The position numbers and the translations under genes are program-made. A stretch of 63,178 nucleotides of DNA, filler included, from Octopus bimaculoides (taxonomy: Eukaryota): NCBI RefSeq assembly GCF_001194135.2. It is 8 parts of 8 records of this genome, joined end to end, with 100 filler letters (N's around TTAATTAATTAA, not from the genome) between each part and the next. Parts side by side here need not be neighbours in the genome. Positions count along the whole stretch, not along the records: positions 23,163 to 34,198 come from NC_068991.1; positions 34,299 to 44,597 come from NC_068986.1; 6 more parts are not named here. One strand, 5' to 3'. Below are positions 24,476 to 36,025 of this stretch, piece after piece. Positions within the stretch are counted from its first letter, which is position 1. The number at the start of each line of letters is the position of its first letter. The notes under the pieces are model-generated. The model did not search any database. It was not told the origin of the DNA and saw nothing but the letters and a program-made list of their open reading frames with translations.

Positions 24476-25217
24476 TTGCTGAATATTTCTCGTTGTGAGG
24501 TTTACAAATAGTAATTTTCTAACAGTATTGTATTCGACAGCAAATTGCTTCACGCGGTCGCATGATATGAAAAAAATTAGTAGCTAAATATTCCCTAAAC
24601 TCACACTTTATCACCTTTGAAAACAGAAAAGATATATTGAATAATGCCGTGTTAACACTTGCAATATCTTTGACCATAGGGTGCCTACTGGAACAAAAAT
24701 TCATCTACAACAAATTTCCTCATCTATACATAATTTTGCCTTATAGATTATAAGCACAACTTGGTATCACGATCTCTTCCTCCCTTCCTCCCCATCCTCA
24801 TCTCCTCCTCTCCTCCTGCCCTCTCATCATCCACCTTTTCTTATTTTTTCTTTCCCTTGCTCATTGTTTCAGATAATCCCCTGACTAAATAGTACAGAAT
24901 AGAAAGAAAGGCAGAAACACGTAGAAAAAGAGACAGACAGACAGACAGACAGACAGTGAGAGACAGACAAACATACATACAAACAGAGAAAGAGAAACAA
25001 AGAGAGAGACAGAGAGAGATATGGTGTGTGTGCGTGTGTGTGTATGGATACATAATCTCCAGCACACTTCTATGAAAATGTCACAGACAATAAACGCACG
25101 AGCACATATAATCCTTACGATAGCAATAGCGACAGTGAAAGGGACATAGGTAACCAGCCATCTTGTAGATGGATATGTATGTATCTATCTATCTATCTAT
25201 TTATTTATCTATCTATC

Positions 25218-25251
<34 letters not shown>

Positions 25252-26209
25252 CATAGATACATAGATAGATACATATATACATACATAGATATATACATAT
25301 ATGCGTGAGTGTAGATATATATATATATGTTCTTATATATATGTGTGTGTGTGCAAATGTATATATATATATATATGTATGTATATATATGTAAGTATGT
25401 ATATATGTGTGTCTGTCTGTGTGTGTGTGTGTGTGTATACAGCTGTTCTGAGTTCAAATTCCGCAGAGGCCATCTTTGGCGATTGTAATTCTTGGAGATG
25501 ATTATATTTGGCAACTTAAAGAGGAGACACATGGATAAAGAGATAAAAAGTCGTTGAAGAGGTCACAGATGTGACCAAAGAGCTTTGACAAAGACACTAA
25601 AATAACATTAATAAAGCTGAAATGAAGATCATATATAGTGCGTGCTTATCTGGCAAAATATGATTATCTACACGTACACCAAGACATATACATACACATA
25701 TAAATATATGTATGCACACACACATATATGCACACACACACACACACATATATATATATGTGTAAGTATGCATGCATGCATGTATGTTTTATGTATGTAT
25801 CTAAAACATACATACGTGCAAGGAAGAAGTTGCATAGATATATACACTTAATTTTTTTCATACATATTACAATTATCAGAGTTTCTACTTATAGTTAATC
25901 AAGTACACACGTCATTTCATTCTCATTAGAAATCGTCAGCATGACATAACCCGAGGCAAGTAAATTAAATTAAATTCAACATTTTACGAAGTGAGATATT
26001 TCTTATACTAGATGGAATATAATTACAACTAGGAGACAGTCAGGGAATCTGTGTTTTGCATTACATTTGTTTTTTTCTTCTTTCCTCATAGATCATTACT
26101 ATTTCAGAAATTGAGAGAGAAAAAAAAGAAGTAAAGTTCCCACATACAGATTAACTGTCACCAGGGAGATATAGCTTGCAATGGGTGATCTTCATGTAGT
26201 TACTGCTTT

Positions 26210-26325
26210 AGTCTCGACTGCGAATGAAGTTCACCAGTTGGTTTAGATATCTTCTCCAGTAGTTATTTAGGTATGAACTTTCAGCTGCTATTCCATAGCA
26301 TTTAACTTTCGTTATGTATTGAAAT
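26210..26325 (+). repeat. 116-bp direct repeat, left copy (putative TSD of SINE C)
   Basis: Identical to 26709-26824 except at 2 positions. Confidence 0.95.
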
Positions 26326-26708
26326 GTGGAGGCGCAATGGCCCAGTGGTTAGAGCAGCGGACTCGCGGTCATGGGATCGCGGTTTCGATTCCCACACCGG
26401 GCGTTGTGAGTGTTTATTGAGCGAAAACACCTAAAAGCTCCACGAGGCTCCGGCAGGGGATGGTGGCGAACCCAGCTGTACTCTTTCACCACACCTTTCT
26501 CTCACTCTTACTTCCTGTTTCTGTTGTGCCTGTAATTCAAAGGGTCAGCCTTGTCACACTGTGTCACGCTGAATATCTCCGAGAACTACGTTAAGGGTAC
26601 ACGTGACTGTGGAGTGGTCAGCCACTTGCACGTTAATTTCACGAGCAGGCTGTTTCGTTCATAAGATCAACTGGAACCCTCGACGTCGTAAGCGACGGAG
26701 TGCCAACA
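26326..26708 (+). mobile_element. SINE family C, full length
   Basis: GGAGGCGCAATGGCCCAGTGGTTAG head, B box, core, GTGCCAACA end. Confidence 0.95.
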
Positions 26709-26824
26709 AGTCTCGACTGCGAATGAAGTTCACCAGTTGGTTTAGGTATCTTCTCCAGTAGTTATTTAGGTATGAACTTTCAGCTGCTATTCCATAGCGT
26801 TTAACTTTCGTTATGTATTGAAAT
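26709..26824 (+). repeat. 116-bp direct repeat, right copy
   Basis: Identical to 26210-26325 except at 2 positions. Confidence 0.95.
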
Positions 26825-27184
26825 ACAGACATCACTTCGTAAACATACCACGGTGATCTCTCGACCATTCATTGACAGTAGGGGTATATACATAAGCCTG
26901 ATCTTTCTTTCTTGGCCGGTCGCTGTCCGTGCAACATTGATATTCCTCCCTGTGCCTGTGAAATCTTGTATCCCTGCCGTAAGGCTTTATTTCCACACAC
27001 GCCAGCTTAATTTAATTCGTCCTTCGTCGAAAGAAACCTGTCGTTATGTCCTATTATTATTTTTATTGTATTCGTGTAATTATTAGTAGCAGCTTACGTT
27101 TTAATATATCTACATATGCATGCACGCGCGCGCGCGTGTGTGTGTGTGAGCGCGTGAACGCCCGCGCGTGTATATGTACATACA

Positions 27185-27620
27185 TAGGAGTACCTATGTG
27201 GTAAGGAGTTTGCTTCCCAACCAAGTGACTTCAGGTTCAGTCCCACTGCGTGGCACATTGGGCGAGTGTCATCTATTATATAATCGGACCGACCAAAGCC
27301 TTGTGAGTGGATTCGGTAGACGTAAAATGAAACAAGTCTGTGGGACATGTGTGTGTGTTTGTGTGTGCACGTGTGCATTTGTGTGTGCGTGTGTGCCAGC
27401 GCGAAGTATATCTTTGTGCTTTTCTTTTTTCCCTCCCCACCGCTTGACAATCGGTGTTGGTGTGTTTATTTCCCCATATCTAAGCGGTTGGGCAATAAAC
27501 CCGATAGAATAACTACCAGGCTGGAGCAGAAAGGACTAGGGCTGATTCGTTCAACTAAAATAGCTAAAGGATGTGTCTCAACATGGCCGCCGACTAATGA
27601 CTGGAACGAAAGATAAAAGA
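27185..27620 (+). mobile_element. SINE family B, full length
   Basis: Head, core, internal (TG)-rich tract, 3' module and tail. Confidence 0.88.
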
Positions 27621-27800
27621 TGAAAAGATATATAAACATGTGTGAGTGTGTGTGTGTATGTGTTTGTGTCTGTATGTGTAAGTGTGAGTGGAGTGTATGT
27701 GTGTGCCATAGAGTTGAAGATAGAAAGTGTCATATATATATATATATATACTTAAATGCATATACATACATACTTATATATATACATATATACATACACG

Positions 27801-27831
<31 letters not shown>

Positions 27832-27969
27832 GCCTGTGTTTCGTATCAAAGGAAACCAATGTTATTTTATTTCCTTATCTTATTTTACATCTCCAATGCT
27901 AGCACACAACATTCACCTTTATACTTCAGTGATAAAGTCTTTGCATTAAACACGAGGAAATACCTCATT

Positions 27970-28007
<38 letters not shown>

Positions 28008-28861
28008 NNNNNNNNNNACACACACACACACACACACATACACACACACATACACACACACATACACGCACACACATACACACATGCTCACGCGCGCGCA
28101 CACACACACACTTACGCTTGCTTACATGTGCGCATCCGCATGGACATATGTTTATTTCCTAAGGTTCTAGTGTCACTTCTATCACCTCCTACACTCTGTT
28201 TCCTCTTTGTTATCATCTGCTTTCTCCTTTCGCAATTATCATTTTGACATTGAGACACACACACGCATACACACACAGAGACACATTCACACATTCTCAC
28301 AAACACACACATCACAACACAACGTCCAAGACGCAGAATCATGCAAATATATTTATCTGCCTTTATACCCACACAATACATCGTTCCTCCCACACATTCA
28401 CACGCACACACACATATATGTATGCATGTATATATATATATANNNNNNNNNNNNNNNNNNNNNNNNNNNNNNNNNNNNNNNNNNNNNNNNNNNNNNNNNN
28501 NNNNNNNNNNNNNNNNNNNNNNNNNNNNNNNNNNNNNNNNNNNNNNNNNNNNNNNNNNNNNNNNNNNNNNNNNNNNNNNNNNNNNNNNNNNNNNNNNNNN
28601 NNNNNNNNNNNNNNNNNNNNNNNNNNNNNNNNNNNNNNNNNNNNNNNNNNNNNNNNNNNNNNNNNNNNNNNNNNNNNNNNNNNNNNNNNNNNNNNNNNNN
28701 NNNNNNNNNNNNNNNNNNNNNNNNNNNNNNNNNNNNNNNNNNNNNNNNNNNNNNNNNNNNNNNNNNNNNNNNNNNNNNNNNNNNNNNNNNNNNNNNNNNN
28801 NNNNNNNNNNNNNNNNNNNNNNNNNNNNNNNNNNNNNNNNNNNNNNNNNNNNNNNNNNNNN

Positions 28862-28921
<60 letters not shown>

Positions 28922-29082
28922 TGTGTGTGTGTGTTTGTGTGTTTGTGTGTTTGTATGTCTGTGTGTGTGTGGGCGTGAACAAATTTTGAGACTGATATAG
29001 AGAGGTGGTAAGGTGCTGAAGCGGTTACTCGGTAAGATAATGAGGTGATGAATCCTTTTGATGGTGGTGGTCGTGGGAGTGG

Positions 29083-29132
<50 letters not shown>

Positions 29133-30724
29133 GCTGTTACCGTTGTCGTAGGGGTATGTGGTTGGGCGGGGGTGGGTAGCAGTCTTGGGGGCTGAAGCCG
29201 ATTAAATCACTGAGAATGTGCCAGCCAACGGTGTAAAATGAAGCTGTTTCAGACTTGCTTGCAATTTATGGAGCAGTTCAAGTGTTATAATCGTTATTTG
29301 ATAGATCACTGATTAACGAACATCGACACATATTCCGAAAACCAATCCGGACAAACGTGACAGTGCCTGTGAATGTGTGAGCATATATCTATCTGTGTGC
29401 ATGTTTATGTGTGTATGTAAGGGGTGGTGGTTAATAGTGGAGGTTGTAGAGATAGCGATAGCGATGGTAACGGTGTCCATGCTGTGCGTGCGTGACAACT
29501 TCTCTCTAACCCCCACGTTCTTATATGCGTATATATATNNNNNNNNNNNNNNNNNNNNNNNNNNNNNNNNNNNNNNNNNNNNNNNNNNNNNNNNNNNNNN
29601 NNNNNNNNNNNNNNNNNNNNNNNNNNNNNNNNNNNNNNNNNNNNNNNNNNNNNNNNNNNNNNNNNNNNNNNNNNNNNNNNNNNNNNNNNNNNNNNNNNNN
29701 NNNNNNNNNNNNNNNNNNNNNNNNNNNNNNNNNNNNNNNNNNNNNNNNNNNNNNNNNNNNNNNNNNNNNNNNNNNNNNNNNNNNNNNNNNNNNNNNNNNN
29801 NNNNNNNNNNNNNNNNNNNNNNNNNNNNNNNNNNNNNNNNNNNNNNNNNNNNNNNNNNNNNNNNNNNNNNNNNNNNNNNNNNNNNNNNNNNNNNNNNNNN
29901 NNNNNNNNNNNNNNNNNNNNNNNNNNNNNNNNNNNNNNNNNNNNNNNNNNNNNNNNNNNNNNNNNNNNNNNNNNNNNNNNNNNNNNNNNNNNNNNNNNNN
30001 NNNNNNNNNNNNNNNNNNNNNNNNNNNNNNNNNNNNNNNNNNNNNNNNNNNNNNNNNNNNNNNNNNNNNNNNNNNNNNNNNNNNNNNNNNNNNNNNNNNN
30101 NNNNNNNNNNNNNNNNNNNNNNNNNNNNNNNNNNNNNNNNNNNNNNNNNNNNNNNNNNNNNNNNNNNNNNNNNNNNNNNNNNNNNNNNTATATATATATA
30201 TATATATGAATGTATGATTCACACTGTTAATATATATAATACATACGCGTATATACATACATACATTCGTACGTGCATACATACATACATACATACATAC
30301 ATACATACATACATACATACATACATACATGCATATACACTCGTATGTAGTTTATGTATATACAACCAGTATCAGATTTTCGCTAAGCAAAAACTCCTGA
30401 TCATTCGAGTGTTTCAAGTTTGAGTGGTCACAAGTTTTAATCATCTTGGGTTCATCTTATTTTTCCCCTTTTCGTTCTGTCTTTTTTTTTTTCTATTTCT
30501 TCCATTACTTCCACCTTTCATTTTATCCTATCTCTGTACTTTCCGTTGAAAGTCCTATAGGACATAGTTTTCCATTAGCGTTACTTCTACAGATGTCTTG
30601 TCCATATGCTGCCTCATGGCTGTAAGACCTTCATTTGTATGCGGTTATTTATTTATGTACCAATTACCTGTGTTGTTGGTTTGTTTGTGTTCGTCGCTGT
30701 CCTTTACGTTTGCTCGGTTATTAC

Positions 30725-31174
30725 CAGTACTTTGGAGTTAAGATTATTTGCCAACATAACATGACAGTCCTGGTTTAGGACGAATGTTGCTGTAATTTAG
30801 CCCCAGAAGATATCGTCTCTAGCTGGCTATACAACACGATCTGCGTCCTTATATTTTCGAATAGTAATTTTCTAATTTATAGATCAGTGACTAGTTGTCA
30901 CTATGAAAACTATATATTTCGAACGGGAATTTGGCAGCGCCACCTCTAACCGAACAATTATTGTGTGCTGATGAAGGGAAATTACCCGAGTATCGCGATA
31001 CACAGATATTGTTTTGAGCTGAGTGGGGATGCTAGATTCCCTTGTTCGAAAATATAAGGACACAAATCGTGTCGTATAGCCTGCTGGAGACGATGTCTCG
31101 TGGGGCTAAATTACAGCAACATTCGTCCTAAAACAGGACTGCCATGTTATGTTGGCAAACAATCTTTACTCCAA
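30725..31174 (+). mobile_element. Fold-back/HHR element, copy 2 (about 130-bp inverted arms flanking an HHR-bearing centre)
   Basis: 30729-30861 is the reverse complement of 31045-31174. The centre matches copy 1. Confidence 0.88.
30963..31005 (+). ncRNA. Hammerhead ribozyme motif, degenerate (GAAA box mutated)
   Basis: GTGTG-CTGATGA-AGGG(AAATTA)CCC-GAGTA-TCGCGA-TA-CACAG. Confidence 0.65.
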
Positions 31175-31744
31175 GATATGAGGTGCCTGAAAGCAATTCG
31201 TGTTTGTCATGGATAGTACTATACAAAAATAACAACAGCTTATCTTTATAACTCTACTACAACGACAACTGCACCTGCTGCTGCTGCTGCTACTACTACT
31301 AGTGAAGACAACAGCAATCAACATAAGCACCTACAATAAAAACAAACGCTATAATCACGACTACAACAACAACCTCAACTGAAAAAACAACCACTGCACA
31401 ATCGTTATCACCACCAACAACAGCAACAAATGCAGCAACAATATTTTATGAACCAAACGCAAGAAATAGCAACTAAGTTATCCTCAGATCGCGCTATAGT
31501 CTTAAATGTAAACTGACGCATTGGACGATGTATTCTTCGATGAACTTAAAGTTGAACTAAAGTCGACGGGGTAGTCGCAACCGGAACGCCTTTGATTAAT
31601 AGCTACGTCAGGTCGATCAGAACTGACCTGATACTAAACAACAACAACAATAGCAACAACAATAACAAGTACCTACTGCTTGTCTAAATACGTCGATTCG
31701 AGTAGAACTAATTCAGATTTAGATTTAAGAAACGACAATGGCCA

Positions 31745-31791
31745 CTACCACCGCCACCACCACCATCACCCCCCCACCACTACTACTACTG

Positions 31792-31839
<48 letters not shown>

Positions 31840-31898
31840 TTACTACTACTACACCCACTATTACTGCAGCCAACACCAACACCACCACTACCTCTTCC

Positions 31899-31957
<59 letters not shown>

Positions 31958-31975
31958 GACTACTACTACATTATT
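31745..31975. repeat. (ACT)n/(ACC)n compound microsatellite
   Basis: Directly visible. Confidence 0.95.
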
Positions 31976-32568
31976 GGTGGTGGCAGTTGTTAATTCGTCT
32001 CTTTCTTCGCACTGGCAGATTTGATGTGTTTGATTTAATTAACGATTAACTGATTAATTAACGTCATTGAACTGCAATCAAGATTGTTAAAGGTATCGTA
32101 ATTGTTAAACGTATCGGTCTGTCCTTTTAATTCAATTGGATGCAAAAGCAGTTTGCTACGTTTCATCATTCTCCGAATATACTATCGAGACAATTTCAAC
32201 TCATTAATAGATTCCACCTCCTAAATATATGAAACATAGAGCACTTACAGCTAATAATCACTCGCCTCTCTCTTTTCTCATTCTTTTTACCCTACACGCA
32301 CGCACGGACGCACGGACGCACGGACGCACGCATGCACACACAGACACAGACACAGGCTCATATAAGAATGTATTCTTACTCTTTTACAAGTCTCTTTGAC
32401 CTCTCTTTCTCTGCTTTTTTTCCCCCCCATTTTCTCTCCTCTTTTATGTTAGACATTTGGTCGCTTTAACACTGAGTATCAAATGTGTTGAAATGACCAG
32501 ACGTGCGTTTTGCGACTATGAAAACATTTAGTTACTTAAATAGGAGCTAACATGTTGTCATACATACA

Positions 32569-32602
<34 letters not shown>

Positions 32603-32620
32603 CATACATACATACATACA

Positions 32621-33031
32621 TGATGGCCGTCCACTCGTGACCGAGGAAGACGATTGCTGACCTTCAGGAACATTGTGCGCACTAGGACTAACTTATATTT
32701 TGCATTTGTGGCTCCGTTGGTGGCTAATGAGCCCTGCCCTTGACAAGCATACACGACTGCAAACATTGCAGACCAAGCTTTCCCCATTCGCTATACCAGC
32801 CGTGCGCTTTCGCGCAGCTCGCTTAAGTTCTTAACGCTGGATAGTGCTCTCTCAAACGTGTCGATCCCCTCCTTAACCTGCTTCCTCCATCTGTGGCGAT
32901 GACAGGCATTGTTTTCCCAGTCAGTGTCCTGCATATCATAGGCCTTTAATGAGGACTTGACAGTCTTTAAATCGCAGCCTTGGTTTCTGCCGGAGTCTCC
33001 TTCCATTCACAAGTTTTCCATATAGCACCTG
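32621..33031 (-). pseudogene. RTE-clade LINE 3' fragment (post-RT region plus C2H2-like finger), embedded in (TATG)n
   Basis: VLYGKLVNGRR..KPRLRFKD; KSSLKAYDMQDTDWENNACHRHRWRKQVKEG; ELKRAARKR..LVCNVCSRVCLSRAGLISHQRSH* followed by a short 3' UTR and a (TGTA)n tail. Confidence 0.88.
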
Positions 33032-33045
33032 CATACATACATACA

Positions 33046-33076
<31 letters not shown>

Positions 33077-33094
33077 GACTGTCCTGGAATGAAC

Positions 33095-33425
33095 ATACTG
33101 GATCCACCAGTTATTGAATACATACATAAACATCAACACAAGCGACATTTGTGGAACATTCCCATCAAAACATCTGCCAAGTGTAAACATAACGGGCTAG
33201 ATATTGTTATCTGGGATAGATAAGAAAGAGTGTGTTCCATCGTAGACAACAGCTGGCCTACGAATGTGAATATTGCAATTGATTCTGTGAGTAAATCCCT
33301 AAGTAAGAATCTGGAAAAGCTAGGGCGTTCAGAATAAAAAAAAAAAAGCCTGTTAATTCGCACATTACAAATACAATCCGAAACTGGAACAGCAAAAATG
33401 TGCTTGATTTTTCTCATGTTTAAAA
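33095..33425 (+). pseudogene. RLE-type (R4/Dong- or NeSL-like) non-LTR retrotransposon 3' fragment
   Basis: WNIPIKTSAKCKHNGLDIVIWDR*ERVCSIV..SWPTNVN resembles the K.N.PD..D restriction-like endonuclease region. A later frame gives LSKNLEKLG..LIRTLQIQSETGTAKMC. Confidence 0.65.
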
Positions 33426-33689
33426 TGTGTCCTTGTTTTACTTATCTACATTCCAGCGACGTAGCTTTGCATCTTTGTTAGAAACTAATTTGTTCCACTC
33501 TGGAAAATTTCAAATAAAACAAGGAACCATACATACATGCATACATACATACATACATACATACATACAATCTGTTAATATACAATCATACACAGAAGAA
33601 GGGGCTTACATTTGTCCGTGATCGTAAGTGAACACAAATCACAATATATATATATTCGTCCTTTAAATGAAATACTAACTTCAAATTTT

Positions 33690-33895
33690 GGCACAAGGCC
33701 AGCAATTTAAAGGAGGGGGTAAGTCAATTAGGCCGACACCAGTACTCAACTAGTACTTATTTCATAGACCCTCCCCCCGCCAAAAAAAAAAGAATGAAGA
33801 GCAAAATTGGGTTCAACGTAATTTGAACTCAGAACGTAAAGACGGACGAAATTCCGATGACCCAGTGTGCTAACGATTCGACCAGCTCACCGTCT
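33690..33895 (-). mobile_element. SINE family A
   Basis: GGCACAAGGCC..CCAGTACTCAACT.GTACTTATTT..TTTGAACTCAGAACGTAAAGACGGACGAAAT. Confidence 0.8.
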
Positions 33896-33939
33896 TTATT
33901 CAGAGAACTCAGTGTTCAACTAGTACTTACTGTATTGAG

Positions 33940-34050
33940 CTTTTAGGCGTTTTCGCTCGATAAACAATCACAAGGACCAGTCTGGGTATTGAAACCGCGA
34001 TCCTATAACCGCGAGTCCGCTGCCCTAACCACTAGGCCATTGCGCCTTCA
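33940..34050 (-). mobile_element. SINE family C, 5' head
   Basis: The reverse complement reads GAAGGCGCAATGGCCTAGTGGTTAGGGCAGCGGACTCGCGG..GGTTTCAATACCCAGAC. Confidence 0.85.
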
Positions 34051-34421
34051 CAAAGGTGGAGAATAGTAAAACAGATTTTGTACGAAGGTAGGAGAGTAGA
34101 AAGAAATGAAAAGTAAATAAAAAAAAAGACAAGGAAATCGTATTCGCGCAAAAACGTACACACATATGCATATATACCTATTCTCTCTCTCTTTCTCTNN
34201 NNNNNNNNNNNNNNNNNNNNNNNNNNNNNNNNNNNNNNNNNNTTAATTAATTAANNNNNNNNNNNNNNNNNNNNNNNNNNNNNNNNNNNNNNNNNNNNAT
34301 ATATATACTTACCTACATACACAACGCATACACAAATCAATATATACACATATTTATGCTAATATAAATGTGTGTGTAAAATATATATATATATATATTT
34401 GTAAATAATATGTGTCAATTA

Positions 34422-34505
34422 TTCGGTAGCTATGATAAAACTCCGAGTTTCGGATGTCGGGGCGGAAGCCTACGCCGCTATCTGTTCAGTTATCTAGCCA
34501 TCGAA
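34422..34505 (-). ncRNA. Inverted twin hammerhead, core mutated (CTGAACA, G8C)
   Basis: Minus strand reads TTCGATGGCTAGATAA-CTGAACA..ATCC-GAAA-CTCGGAG-TT-TTATC[A]TAGCTACCGAA. Confidence 0.65.
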
Positions 34506-34519
34506 GAATACTATTTATC

Positions 34520-34603
34520 TTCGATGGCCAGATAACTGAAGAGATAGCGGTGTGGGTTTCCGCCCCGACGTCCGAAACTCGGAGTTTTATCATGGCTACT
34601 GAA
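34520..34603 (+). ncRNA. Type-I hammerhead ribozyme (extended stem I)
   Basis: TTCGATGGCCAGATAA-CTGAAGA(34536-42)-stem II-GAAA(34574-77)-CTCGGAG-TT-TTATC[A]TGGCTACTGAA. Stem I has about 15 bp with one bulge and one mismatch. Predicted GUU cleavage falls after 34586. Confidence 0.75.
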
Positions 34604-35780
34604 TAAGTGTCACATATTTTTACAGATAACTTCCTCCATTTACATAATATCGAGGTGTCTTTCTTTCTTTTGTCGCCTTACCTTTTCTATCAACATATAA
34701 ATATATATATACATACACACGCACACATACACAGATATATTCATCTCTTTATTGGTATTGTACACAAATACATGTATTGTGTGTGTGTGTGTGTGTGTAA
34801 CATCAGAAAGGATAAAAACGCCATACGCTCTTAAAAGTGGTTTCATGGACTCTGTAGCTTGTATTGTGTGTTTTGCTCAAGAACATAGTGCATCTTCCTG
34901 TCCCAGGACTCGAAACCACATTCACACGATCATGAATGCAGGATATGCGCCTTCAAATATATATATATATATATATATATANNNNNNNNNNNNNNNNNNN
35001 NNNNNNNNNNNNNNNNNNNNNNNNNNNNNNNNNNNNNNNNNNNNNNNNNNNNNNNNNNNNNNNNNNNNNNNNNNNNNNNNNNNNNNNNNNNNNNNNNNNN
35101 NNNNNNNNNNNNNNNNNNNNNNNNNNNNNNNNNNNNNNNNNNNNNNNNNNNNNNNNNNNNNNNNNNNNNNNNNNNNNNNNNNNNNNNNNNNNNNNNNNNN
35201 NNNNNNNNNNNNNNNNNNNNNNNNNNNNNNNNNNNNNNNNNNNNNNNNNNNNNNNNNNNNNNNNNNNNNNNNNNNNNNNNNNNNNNNNNNNNNNNNNNNN
35301 NNNNNNNNNNNNNNNNNNNNNNNNNNNNNNNNNNNNNNNNNNNNNNNNNNNNNNNNNNNNNNNNNNNNNNNNNNNNNNNNNNNNNNNNNNNNNNNNNNNN
35401 NNNNNNNNNNNNNNNNNNNNNNNNNNNNNNNNNNNNNNNNNNNNNNNNNNNNNNNNNNNNNNNNNNNNNNNNNNNNNNNNNNNNNNNNNNNNNNNNNNNN
35501 NNNNNNNNNNNNNNNNNNNNNNNNNNNNNNNNNNNNNNNNNNNNNNNNNNNNNNNNNNNNNNNNNNNNNNNNNNNNNNNNNNNNNNNNNNNNNNNNNNNN
35601 NNNNNNNNNNNNNNNNNNNNNNNNNNNNNNNNNNNNNNNNNNNNNNNNNNNNNNNNNNNNNNNNNNNNNNNNNNNNNNNNNNNNNNNNNNNNNNNNNNNN
35701 NNNNNNNNNNNNNNNNNNNNNNNNNNNNNNNNNNNNNNNNNNNNNNNNNNNNNNNNNNNNNNNNNNNNNNNNNNNNNNNN

Positions 35781-35844
<64 letters not shown>

Positions 35845-35848
<4 letters not shown>

Positions 35849-36025
35849 TTCCCACCATCGCTTGACAACGGATGCTGGTGTGTTTACATCCCCGTAACCT
35901 AGCGGTTCGGGATGAGAGACCAATAGAATAAGTACTAGGCTTACAAAGAATAATTCCTACGGTCGATTTGTTCGACGAAAGGCATGGCCACAATCAAATG
36001 ATTGAAATTAGTGAAAGAATAAAAG
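35845..36025 (+). mobile_element. SINE family B, 3' half
   Basis: CATCGCTTGACAACGGATGCTGGTGTGTTTACATCCCCGTAAC..GATAGAATAAGTACTAGGC. Confidence 0.88.

Larger units (their letters stand above)
34406..34618. mobile_element. 213-bp near-perfect palindrome (arms about 100 bp, loop about 10 nt) made of two back-to-back hammerhead units
   Basis: The arms pair with about 10 mismatches. The element reads TA|TGTG...CACA|TA at its ends. Confidence 0.9.
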
